A DNA stretch of 64,000 bases from a virus. The stretch lies in the IMG/VR virus record IMGVR_UViG_3300017527_000515, positions 51,458 through 115,457 of that record. One strand, given 5' to 3'. The first letter of the stretch is position 1. The number at the start of each line of letters is the position of its first letter. Both the position numbers and the translations under genes were made by a program. The notes below the pieces were generated by a model. It saw nothing but the letters and a program-made list of their open reading frames with translations, had not been told where the DNA came from and searched no databases. Below, piece after piece: positions 52,001 through 54,512 of this stretch.

Positions 52001-52323
52001 CTAAGGATAGAGTTCGCCGTATCCAGGGAGACATTCTTGACTATTCTCTCTAGGTCACCTTTATTTATAGGTTTTTCAGATGGTTTGCCTGCTGGTCCGC
52101 CAGTCTGTTGGTTTCTTAAGACTCTACGTAGACTGATCTCTAGTTGTTTACTGAGTTCATTAGACAGAGTCTTATTGGCGTCTTTGGACACCTTGTCCAT
52201 GACTTTTCCAATCTCACCTGCTAATTTCTTCTCATCTACTCCAGCAGACTTCGAAGGTCTGCCAACACTTTTTTGGGCTCCTCTGCCCTCAAAAATGTTG
52301 TGATTGATGGTGTACTCGGCCAA
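28078..52323 (-). CDS. Giant tape-measure polyprotein (8081 aa): two-barrel RNA polymerase, PD-(D/E)XK nuclease, TP901-type TMP core and C-terminal cassettes
   Basis: TTG start with GGGAGGTG RBS; canonical TMP position after the tube and chaperone genes; domain motifs are listed in the sub-features. Confidence 0.9.
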   Translation of the reverse strand: MAEYTINHNIFEGRGAQKSVGRPSKSAGVDEKKLAGEIGKVMDKVSKDANKTLSNELSKQLEISLRRVLRNQQTGGPAGKPSEKPINKGDLERIVKNVSLDTANSILREMSKRGQRSGPEHTKSVEAALRNVDKQVAAAIGKLNTSLSRQTGVELGPEGSKIISKAIGDSIRSSVSTELGKSIQEATKTYKSIQRSADATTKAVEAIAKLKKSDGGIDVTEIPKVIKSLIDLRKEAKELSQDYKDLKKSVKTLTKEQESIMRDLGDAVRDTKQKMAEKFRSVKDVPGKILDSDKFKKVFDDFLTKFERISKQVELEYKPSGAKQLGAPKEIKQLDNTMKQVVKSTDSLTKKLDQSSKAATPSGGKSNLPDLPAKDIKNYFGEISKLIKQVIRESQAEVAKVTKEVASGTRDKKDLATITSEQDILVKVLREMKPTPIKEAAGRGIAGENTKKLDQLRVLVNEVQKKINKSPQETDKAFEAGLKEATEASKKLTKAAESFEKATRQPAPRPAPALPGQGSKDLSPLIKQIDLLNSRLRGPASVSAYPDAALPATKKGINLEFEGTFSSKAQEKHKQLIQQRINDLSSSLVDLQDYIVTTLNSEFKKAGDRWSIVRDGSEKSVQDFFKVVSGANVKEAGKQHAFQIANVEAIKRQLFVKGRGAATKGSPESMVKELTDVLATELAANFPSPANLTGKIAEWLKGVTADQIKQIKEIERFQGDLVNIKQTDIKGVLPSADIVKQLNKVLGQDRATLEQVFKATVGRTEAARTLKEEKLVRTVSLPAARLTKTGAPAFETARGSQRALQKFGTFKTGFEQIYEKLQEQQALVYEKNFAAQIREVGVKPAGLKLDKARDLARQMLEDYARANEANLQALREQIPSAAYVSAVQLGGSKSRGGSRLIADMEKALKANEVDRDVNKLLDALRAAGLSAYDIVKSMDKIEFENIYDVIQRVLKGSEKTGVEPLKGLGSKPQFDKAIREYENAINQVVQSLPLIEPGRPRRGLQQENVLNLLTRTSDVYADEGRRDLDPAAQKEFIKNLNVRLNEIVRDSYITNQQLLKEGVRTVSSLGIPEALAGKGEFYRPGQTDKGTKYLGALDAFSTKMYTDILPELAPFGAQFTQTGRNIAGVTNAISSSKTELDRLAKEFKATTLEGIGTEFPALRSERESELISAGRLGTKGYGFNVLTELRHTAGTMEDQILVSGNLAKALTTITKTLVRPAPGGRIRGGLETAPGVSDLQAGPIKDKDIAVVLDKIQEVLGVPEQYKGRADQAFIDEIQRAITVVRGEEVEVQQARLTEVFLNSFGRKFTSRYGSKGVSVSPGGLEEGEATEIGKILQAFPKAKVKVLTDEERQKAGLGVAVLPRSMGELLAEVVDKYEKKLTSEGFDVAILKKMLTASGNKFILDLFRDAKTAIVVPEEQAQQAGVFKKAAEAFQAITGRQLAGGETGLADDVTGIKQIKKLFTDEIGGALVKEKAIDVRISSVGIGKRGLQPEVLEAVLGNITDVGERGFTTLPTKFSQNQYERLLGGGGKAGELSQVSSALGFETVGDTDKIKQLAAALAKSKASGDTEEEKRQMEMIIAERAKALEAMSNYYSTVIDEFGERRKSIVGTKFLSIVQETGETEPWRKEDVRRGIKGASVDIPVLSAYSTVFGEQSALIDEITSSTNANQRKQLEFLKALQFMADETGTLQQRQINVLDKVTLSSVKYFDQTTGILSEKADETDPRTLKDTIFDTKKFSKPFFLDIPKVGGQAGESEPFYVPGALARGTYAEELIGGERGVENIGRRLQHVVNMAKKAKELLDRPATLQADIEKLEMELNEMLRVGDPRAAEKQAELLSRQSAQSDLLTGKGELATTVQKRVFEEVAEMLKQAQNLRYSKSPEAPADLRKIFDTLTNALSKTEAPARIIDGEEVRRGPTEFENVQQFLQKQLGTKSEQAALATAIGRASDLLIGKGPSAQETYNTVVKGIAEIQQGEFDNIAMFKKVLESDSRFKSRATDDPNDLLAALQDKHKLMANEMAVTEKKLYRLAADVQKGQGLELAAKLGIDVDAELQFKYEQALDNLQKAKIDYFHGLAEAAVGKEGAIGTAVFSRKFPAVMKKATNAIVDRTQEFTDFQKALASVSSELPDDAANTLADVINDIQSVSTKHGKRIAKQRKAGFPVLRQHQLGIPEVTAKKLPISEFEQKIQFGKKGPRAQTSKIDGTLYDILSYRERLEDLVGDDGPLSELAAQELERTKTFVEAIRYPFTGVSSIVPYEAELLSGTQGERAKNAFVVPGAPDLNLDELNDIIAPVKGIIEGLHEQREQLFRQADANDMPVDQTRVDELSALMDKLARAVSEVTPKYAAHTAKLDFDGDEIAVHTARTAEAREEIAKHHKSVAEFNDSLQSVYRDIFTADALGSQQPTGDAILSEMAESFYKKFPKEKGFDFLVKPFLTGQASIDPDDPTAALKTPTLEYATPSEQLSILGLGGTGVEGINEVLKGIIQDTILSSSSRDVLLKQVGDVESPFGDVASELKAVKQQGGIEKRVSFVEDIYKAIEELDTAMGTTFVDEIQAAVRSRLFESKYRDAVEAQLFKIHTGIETEALYRLNRLAESSVGFGSGLLGTGGAEFKPSEGFSGRNPNLGILGGSQDEIARDFYTKFNEVFRFAIQKGMDVKHAGGSTIAGEIQSRIAQGYDGVTELWASLLPEGEIADFEAAVNKSTKLRLGKMDTSTIRKELEQLYEARGTEYSSFDLSRADRDELIDMAVKATGLESFFREMADQVREGAMEGILRNIEKLSPDKRAQIGDPKSYAKNLIQEEIAAGGINVREHITVPNLPLYITRQESNLKGQEKRFTERYGEPTVPQGVQFLRKKPKEQEELLKKYKQAKATARNIQDAIAEAAEGLDAGAYSQLVKSTLDNIHRDQLLIDDEFKKLQAEGFDITKVDRSLDALKSRVLLEEELPSLTRDILKKAPEDQIKEIEKLADLVGVPTLTREEKIDVSEKLLKDFRKHGEKLLSKDPDFNKEEVEVAAESYAQELAAKAEIVYEMDRILDVLSTRAKEGITTLSLFPEASDLSRPKATGQSARSYKFSQDMQAAAIQGQAMREEAKGIHGPGGSGTIFGGGGVGGQFPMTGGVVPVHIHSVAQGVGVFFGGGGGTGARRDYTDQLNPDFAPQQQTKSALSEIRDQHDQHGEASIRSLQSQLKDYKKISSDFDRHSENIGKPEFDKLQKKYFPGVEVGPRGADVNLEQEYNQLKKQFFTNLNNVFTASKFKGGGADLGELIKGNRQGSQLEAITGQLLGLDAEELKSDYVQSAFDIGTALHAKMQKKIKDEAEAAGRGGEVEIEKFVYLKPKEFVEGVRGPITGFIDVAYKNAQGQVEKISDIKTTGETFAKFESISRAIGPEGTIALADILDKEIPEHIRQKLEDYRSQLNVYLGALVQSGQAAPGVQASIDFIPSEDAGLTTPAKSVTFGFDPERLKSDLETLKTARELVNNYVLDLSTSIEDVPEEHQDLVSKLRKRVSGKSPAFSKARNLKSYLLEQELDKIYGVTEQSDEFIEEYVQLSRKAFEFMEGKEGVYKETRANFKAAENRAKDIGQAMKEDPEYGRATFGEKITGGTPEERTLGKDKVKKFPDPLKDQLAAISELHQGSIAIQSGLSDLNFNENIEKMHTDIKSALSGGAGEAPPTGPQFSKLLTELVEGDYITFQESMKAWQLWRISMGDFLIFQAKQAEEVFDVANAQGPATREFSDFRKRVEKSREFIVKSLGKTTDIYTKDRRFLLPDLAKQAGVFQTPEDLYKKTKQPFGEGDERTRGIYKNLIDKLEAGGLGAPAEEIRKLVDELADVDEAAKRVLMDVDLFERKGRDATEAWDFEKVAKRARVLREALSQYSRFNLSDEFQTDVEKKFQVRSLLQYLKQIEQVYGKIDLGRLQRGAFGEYETGAVKVPTFLPPNQQQALHRRNIEKFKQFAERPGPESDTPGTGPRVGESFSYFEKVTDSAGNVLRNFRHDFKKFGETTDDTAGKVENYTHRTTDLIDKMHMAGGTFRSAARRVIMWGAAATLVYGGVQQLKDSVGELADIEVSIAQLRMVMNPLEADFDALTQSAVMFAKEYGVSINEVLRGMKIFAQQGLKQSEVIERTRVSTLAANVSTLSASEATEALTAAMKSFGTEMGSADMALDAWSETEARHAITAADMANAIKKSAAAAKNAGFTFNELNGIVAGIGSVTRQSGKEVGTAMRFIARRLFSEKGPKALGEIGIPTITATGENRRGFDILSDLSKQWAMLTNAQKLNVAQSLGGTRQYNALLVAMDNWDEVLDAIEDSTNSKGSAERRNVEIMKTYAKQLEQTRAAATELKMELGKFIFPVFKGGLKALKTVFEFMSAIPTPVKAAGAALTLFFGYAAKGVDIFDKLVEVFGKGKGVIDAFVRSVSKEFDISAFEIFGGKGGPQLEGIKSFAKGVPDALKAAGLDDLHSGFGKLTYVIKEAGMAFNTWAAAGGTSAEEMGKTIEGLGDEVKKWAERTDLFTDVGQLLATKIPGWKDDLTIAVINVMEEVAKNSGRAFELFGKYFGEAGAQFAKFIGDTDPGLLKAITPMAITVGALIPAFKELASRIQETGMTAQDYAQSVYNSRRVQEDQIKNLTTLSRQYDRLQKKVKEVNAVEADPKLKEVRKASDNYTHPLIALGDIQKDATKWANELAMVNNELVLSYDKQGNAILKLSGDYKEYIANLQRASALELAKTDIDVLKRFTQDLTKVDFGESIKNILGTALGEVPGFGPLLKDIVKVSPAKQMEMLTGRLNDLLLARSQNPLSTAFDEDISTLQDALGKLKKIYDGTAKDFNKTLAGIFKFPGASAVDRDTIARLLGDPELLRGFQFAVEVDPVINAANAQRELERALKFPNAPKGTSTLFDPTAAGGRSTINFPEFLNLPEIQGRDLQGATILQQVFPTRRAVIGAAKDITKALLEGSGIIQKEAKKGTKLVTGDIVTFLTQPAARAGIAGQQGVVEVKKNVDGVLEAFVTYYNYKAKEGVGELETKSIDEVADMVEAIFPAGRVQSELENRLENLSTFVTGAAAGIVGLDEKAFKKDFDLGARFYSDISTTTALQGQRGFNFQTGEFGEVTNLQKQWASDTRKYFLEPMEKYNKSVRRFDKAGSLEKTSDASEEVYQELLAQQAVLKNNQVVVQYAAVFADLSKTIEQGTRVLAENIAIEEARQESVKVTSGLLAGLPEGLDNIDTGVRSVQDLTVKQLALLNQPQYQGAAQNFRSADVRRQALIQRREELARAKVAIETITATQQGIGTVIGPDATPEEIKGFIEKSTVLGDVVGATLSKDINNLTKSNVTALDPIATSLEELVSLGQTNQVLTDKIIGLQERVAEFDSRPEDEQGGAEARRISLLIAHEIHKAAGAREGASPRERAVLEERINVLVDTMNKFTTFGRGQAAVGLSPSRLLPGAGLSREEYLQRSFRGLQSNELTERFKTDAGPRTKLGLRGFTALPGVGGPIPIPKLKSIPGFAESDELKQLVAIQEAEKKLSEKTFFNSKNLLKVSAAVAAFQSFSKSNSSAALAVMNEQLVGQKAALLEAKKAGDEGRIATGQSEVAALEKAIAAEQKSLDFNTIVASLANLETGTIALARAFGISETNVKRIGGASLVLYAAMQAASKITGEELPESAKEFGKELGKTLKEVGESGDVSIGTLKDLGSAGKEFKGDFENRVKEITGTTREGIREAFKARLTGLQDLPEAEIEKRAAVLRDEASKGGAGGLKKILAAALASTLAGTFAELTGPGVRKADIERLSEQRGELLDKIASEWPQVAELIITELLDQSKRAQEDLKKPLDSEAQKQALDVFYNAQQALDALAQTTGGVNSEIAALTREMEGNADTMHRLELFEGIRKQVQDFVRDLANQAVQLEVARKYSLGAFLNRDTRGFAGDAQLPLERSGMSTQQRIFASADEDLRGFMTAFKSTQDIITRTEQEIVRLEQLRQKYQEDGVYNQLSALEGMDSEIAGIKSERDELISKQQRSVDEGKMRIHQQLMEAEKKLAEAEKRRAEYAKSAAGENANAAKELDKTIESTKKYADSLANAMNPAVVAAYNGTVLLGEAMFKLNDALTEVSVQDAIDELASIKEFRAKTDKFLGGSGADALQLVDPATRLEAARGGINLKEFDTRRNVEEAEILRAMQQQGQTSELLQRYLSLDSKYEGEARAKEQQKQDERFKRQTDPVLTLMTDLERITRNNNVSPELKATAKAIQEQAGAFLKAAPDEIINAEGKKERRGITVEQIDELTSKFEGLKNSLKEQYGKEFQKMGLASNQELMIDHLSSIAESTRGSKEGLTSVAGYMEQMISKLGDPLEVKVVDSAIKKAAGGAIFGPGGPKDDNIMAMLSSGEFVINQASAAKLGRKNLEYINKYGKLPGLQGGGFAYESEALKYLRSYTPAEQSFVGPQMPDHIAAARQRQAETQKIISLIDSKIKAVQTARENIIGLNKKDIEEGRTPQGVTELIELNKKLLQLQEYKNQLEEAAAERANAHEETRLRLIEENKTGFNKVDQSINVQTEKTAAGQGEIKQSIDAQTGVLTDQTSVLNNIDGGIKALLDVIKSKAPDINRQAFVDKGYDQHEAERLRRIQKVPYTDPKFNVKSIDSRTEHEKRTGRAQGGKVFGEGGPKEDKVPAMLSPGEYVIKAASASKLGMSALEYMNKEGQLPPGMANGGFPDKLVSSREYDETNPLYVGPSGRKMRSAYGAPVSTITGKPFMTKAEYDEIYRPPTKDELKSFGKLATSTVLDASPIVGDVKSAQEAITGIDVITDEKLGPLSRGLAGLAVLPFVPGSIKHLGKSGKALKSLDTAVDLSGSVGKATNKADLAKNIDILNEEFKLARSNHPVAGLMTNPNLKVSTKAKEGQKLTTTFKEGQDIVSSSRGLAKASDLASRRKVVAGGFEHEIGGHVTESAVKKFLKDPSLIGKHIDDPEIAKTLTKERLQKMKDFMDSFIAQPPVSKYAERFTGDASKFGRENFAEFVKLVKAGEIKSPLVEEYTKLFTGFAEGGIMGQIGDWLKTAKEFYFGREVEATEEELAEMAEDARSFSYLTSKDTKKNILDAVDPHNNKGGGGMMKRKHFAEGGMAGRIKDWLKTTKDFFFGRDVEVSEEDLARGAESGRATSYLTSKETKKNILDAAGDIDSKGMGGMIKKYGDGGKIKPFVPKTEPVRSKEEKEKLKQQLDALKQRHEKKRKIGEFLRNIGAGKLLSDDMKNDIYHKYGIALSEPAEFRGMGGRMKRKHYAEGGIIGQIGEWLKTAKEFYFGREVEATEEELAEMGSDARTFSYLTSKDTKTNILDAIDKKGMGGRMKRKKYAEGGLARRFTEINGEIVELDENGNIVGGLPDDAMTTARRDQGTFANNKAYRVNTGIVDPDPSFGAGQPTARFAELTVQEESKRLAALNEQAFAEKALVGKHTYEEQLAAAKASGNVDVYNQIQAEHAKTIQRENRQALKRDKEVYDALREPGILPAPKGKGLFNYTFDSKTGIVSAEGLSHGVQSKYDLNELAYKERKEAMARGQLPLPTVGPGYEATPGANPGKKLQDTRAKVARAQLVAGISRKAMQGEVDPQAPDRNVLENLYGTAGIGRDTQLAYEYYNKLRYLSENDPNFNRQDELKSLEAMVMSGNVDMNKIKPLMKDIKLTKNFHDVRKKVDENKYGIKDPRLAFLASPHLFKEYVRLKEAGDEVGAAAAKAMLEKAAINAEDIANQFGMAKDAATVDSLAMLYGRFGKGKLEPAELRAVRDQIKIAGQGRKQDFEKETRGFSAREKLGRMFEAMKQGFYEVPKQFYKDTFSSNKSRPVMHNGGVVAQTGTVFAQKGETILPKGFQAGGMVDDNLTRASLTSTTVKIDGSEVASQIADQVKSAIESSEVKVEADAKVRVDTTDAKVPVDLEGAVVKVDTDSAVVRVDTADVTVPVDAAGVASEISNAISQALANATVDVNPSANGSVGADSLDSISNAVVDVQDKLITVKGELEERMVNLESKALTANNVKPEIQSAVSEAMNQVTHDINTNRNNISEITSRVTRFEGRMQYEVGEARRYAQDAQNFATRPGVG
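30310..31233 (-). repeat. Three imperfect ~65-aa repeats inside the TMP C-terminal region
   Basis: (F/Y)AEGG..G.I.(D/E)WLKT.K(E/D)F.FGR(E/D)VE..EE(E/D)LA......R..SYLTSK(D/E)TK.NILDA at about 31010-31233, 30810-31008 and 30310-30522; also visible at DNA level. Confidence 0.9.
31290..31560 (-). other. Zincin-like metallopeptidase module (within TMP)
   Basis: FEHEIGGH (31519-31536), then VSKYA and ENFAE, the HExx(x)H...SxYA...ExFAE pattern of phage and toxin zincins. Confidence 0.55.
31860..32010 (-). other. Pre-toxin-TG-like segment (within TMP)
   Basis: VLDASPIVGDVKSAQEAITGIDVITDEKLGPLSRGLAGLAVLPFVPG matches the PT-TG consensus (DxxPxxGxxKxxxEAxTGxDxxTGEKL..xxR). Confidence 0.7.
39150..40215 (-). 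other. TP901-family tape-measure core domain (aa ~4035-4390)
   Basis: AQLRMVM...FAKEYGVSINEV..GMKIFAQQG...STLAANVSTLSASEATEALTAAMKSF...AITAADMANAIKKS...VTRQSGKEVGTAMRFI..R...LSDLSKQW..LTNAQKLNVAQSLGGTRQYNALL. Confidence 0.9.
41880..42420 (-). other. PD-(D/E)XK (RecB/Cas4-like) nuclease domain (aa ~3300-3480)
   Basis: GTALH (H ~3311), EVEIE, GFIDV, SDIKT (D ~3372) and YRSQLNVY give the complete RecB-family motif series. Confidence 0.8.
44300..48800 (-). other. Single-chain two-barrel RNA polymerase (beta-like then beta'-like), aa ~1180-2680 of the TMP
   Basis: MEDQILVS (M1196), GRKFTSRYGSKGV (48370-48408), IDVRISSVGIGKRG..EVLE (D1479), IVGTKFL (G1612), GKEGAIGTAVFSRK (G2084), IRYP (R2248), DFDGDEIAVH (DFDGD at 45244-45258, D2356). 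Confidence 0.88.
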
Positions 52324-52373
52324 GTGGGCACCTCCCTAAGTATTGTTTACTTTAAGTACCTTGTGTTCCTAAC

Positions 52374-53393
52374 CTATCTCTTCCGGCGACGCGCTTTCTT
52401 TTTAACAGCGGTCTTGTCCTTGATCATCTGTGCTTCTCTTGGCGTGGTGTAATCTATGTCCTCATAAAGTTCATGAGACTTAGTTACGATAACTTCTTCT
52501 TTGTTAAATGCTGATAACTTACCTTTGTTGCCATGTCTATTTTTATCTCTCTCGGCTGCGTCCTCTCTAGTCCTTTCCTCGTAATACGATTTCATATACG
52601 CATCGAGAGCGTCATCGTCTTCGACGATGGTGTCTGGCGGTCTATCCTTTGGCATCATTTCATACACGTTCTGATAGAAATTAGACCAGTACGCCAGATT
52701 TAACATGTCATTTGTATATTGTGATGTCGGCACACCAAATAATGGGTCCGACACCTTCTGACTTGTAACATAACGTATCCTCCACAAGCTATGTCGTGCC
52801 AGATATCTTATTGTCTTAGTATCTATACCTGATCTAAACCTTAGAAACTTTGTTAGTACTACATCTCTGAAGGCTAAATCATTTTCTTTCAGTAAGTCCT
52901 CAAAAGTTTCCCAACATTTGTTGCCTTCTTCGTCTTCTACACATGCCCAACAAAAATATAAAGCTCGTTCCTCTTCAGCCTTGCTTTCTGCTGACATTAT
53001 GAGCTTCGACGTTCTTTTATATTCTAAAGTGAGGATCTGCTCATCAATCTTGGTTATAATTTTCTTAACCCTGTCCTGATTAGCTTTAACCTTAGTAGTC
53101 TTACTAAGGATCACCTCTTGGGCTTCTTTCTGAATCCTAAGTTGATCTAATTTATCTTGATCCTCCTCAGTGAATATATTTCTTTCCCTGATTAGAACCT
53201 CAAGATCTTCTATAGGCAACATACCGGACTCTACGGCTCTTTTATAAGCTTTATCATATATAAGGTCTGCCTTTGCTTTAAGCTCGTTGTCGGGCTGTCT
53301 AATAAACAACAGGCGGCCTTCTAAATTGAGCAGCTCAGTGCCGGTAAATATCCGAGTTAGATATCGTTCAACGTCTTCAGACTTTAATTCCAT
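52374..53393 (-). CDS. Tail assembly chaperone-like protein 2 (339 aa)
   Basis: Immediately upstream of the TMP; helical; N-terminal ~190 aa paralogous to 53393..54172. Confidence 0.65.
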   Translation of the reverse strand: MELKSEDVERYLTRIFTGTELLNLEGRLLFIRQPDNELKAKADLIYDKAYKRAVESGMLPIEDLEVLIRERNIFTEEDQDKLDQLRIQKEAQEVILSKTTKVKANQDRVKKIITKIDEQILTLEYKRTSKLIMSAESKAEEERALYFCWACVEDEEGNKCWETFEDLLKENDLAFRDVVLTKFLRFRSGIDTKTIRYLARHSLWRIRYVTSQKVSDPLFGVPTSQYTNDMLNLAYWSNFYQNVYEMMPKDRPPDTIVEDDDALDAYMKSYYEERTREDAAERDKNRHGNKGKLSAFNKEEVIVTKSHELYEDIDYTTPREAQMIKDKTAVKKKARRRKR

Positions 53394-54172
53394 TATTCAG
53401 AAGTCTCTTCCTTTTTAGTAGTTTTCTTGGCTGCAGTTTTCTTGGCTGTAGTCTTACTTTTTCTGGGCGCTCGTTTCTTAGGAGCAGGCTTCTTTTCAAC
53501 TTTAGCCTTCTCCTCTTCTTCTACAGCTTCAAGAGCTTTGGCTGCTTCAGCAGCTTTTTCTAAGATGTCTGTTTCAACCTCTTTCATGGCCTGTGCTTCC
53601 GGTGTTTTTTCCAGGAAGTCAGATTCCAATCCTTGGAGGTACAACATGATTTCAAAGCGTGCTTTAAGTGCCAGGGCTTGATTCTTCTCTCTAAGATAAT
53701 CTTCATAACTATCCCAGACCTTCTCGCCCTTACTGTCAACTACCATACAGGAAGTTAGATATTCTAATCTGGCGTCATCGGCTAGCTGTTCACATGTATT
53801 AGCCATAGGACCATTAAGGCGCTGGTTCCACTGAAACAATTCATCCCTTGCCTCAGCTACTTCCACCGCCAAATCACGTTTATCATCCATAGCTTCCGCG
53901 GTATCTAGGGCCCAGATCTTTTCATTGAGCTGGTTGGTTAGTTCCTGAGCTCTCTGTTCAAACTCGGGGCCAATAATACCTCTACGACGTAAGATGTCCA
54001 TCATCTCAGCACTCGTAGTGATCCCCTCAGTTAGGGATCTAGTAAATGTCCTACTATAGTTCCAGTCCGCTTCCCTAATGTCGTTGGCATTAGGAGCTAC
54101 GACATGGTACTCCTTCTGATCCGGTCCGAGGAAAGTCCTCTTCTCAACATCTTTCTTTTCTTCGTCTGCCAT
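53393..54172 (-). CDS. Tail assembly chaperone-like protein 1 (259 aa) with a Lys/Ala-rich tail
   Basis: Lies between the tube and TMP genes; GGAGG RBS; acidic helical body; KKPAPKK..AKKTAAKKTTKK C-terminus. Confidence 0.65.
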   Translation of the reverse strand: MADEEKKDVEKRTFLGPDQKEYHVVAPNANDIREADWNYSRTFTRSLTEGITTSAEMMDILRRRGIIGPEFEQRAQELTNQLNEKIWALDTAEAMDDKRDLAVEVAEARDELFQWNQRLNGPMANTCEQLADDARLEYLTSCMVVDSKGEKVWDSYEDYLREKNQALALKARFEIMLYLQGLESDFLEKTPEAQAMKEVETDILEKAAEAAKALEAVEEEEKAKVEKKPAPKKRAPRKSKTTAKKTAAKKTTKKEETSE

Positions 54173-54196
54173 TGTATAATCCTCCGTGTCCTTATA

Positions 54197-54445
54197 TTAT
54201 TGTCTCTGGACTCTAATAACGTCTTCAGAGACAGCCTGGTATTCCACTTTATATTGATCATCCATTTTACGATGGATGTTTCTGATACAATTGTTTCCAA
54301 CCCTAAGAATCTTGGATCTTAGAGGTCTAAAGTGGGGTTCGGGACAGGCAACCTGTGCAAAATCCAGCGCCTGTTCAAACATGAATGTAACCTCTTCCTT
54401 TATCAGATCCTTGAGTTTCTGCATATGTTTATCCTCTACTGCCAT
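54197..54445 (-). CDS. Hypothetical protein (82 aa)
   Basis: GGAGG and AGGA upstream of the ATG; in operon orientation. Confidence 0.7.
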   Translation of the reverse strand: MAVEDKHMQKLKDLIKEEVTFMFEQALDFAQVACPEPHFRPLRSKILRVGNNCIRNIHRKMDDQYKVEYQAVSEDVIRVQRQ

Positions 54446-54461
54446 GTCCTATAATCCTCCT

Positions 54462-54499
54462 GTAAATTTAAGGGCGGGGGAAGCTAAGCAACCCCCGCC
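54462..54499 (-). terminator. GC-rich hairpin (terminator or attenuator) after the tail tube gene
   Basis: Minus strand GGCGGGGG-TTGCTTAGCTT-CCCCCGCC, followed by CTTAAATTTAC (weak U-tract). Confidence 0.55.
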
Positions 54500-54512
54500 T
54501 CCTGTGTTCCTA

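Noticed and set aside
28078-52323. Inteins, introns or stop-codon recoding as the explanation for the giant ORF
   Set aside because: I noticed no intein splice or LAGLIDADG motifs, the ORF is open in the standard code, and neighbouring genes end normally at TAA, TAG or TGA.
53391-53430. Possible -1 programmed frameshift joining the two chaperone genes (TAAAAAG near the end of the first)
   Set aside because: The heptamer is not canonical, and the -1 frame has a TGA two codons before the second gene's ATG.
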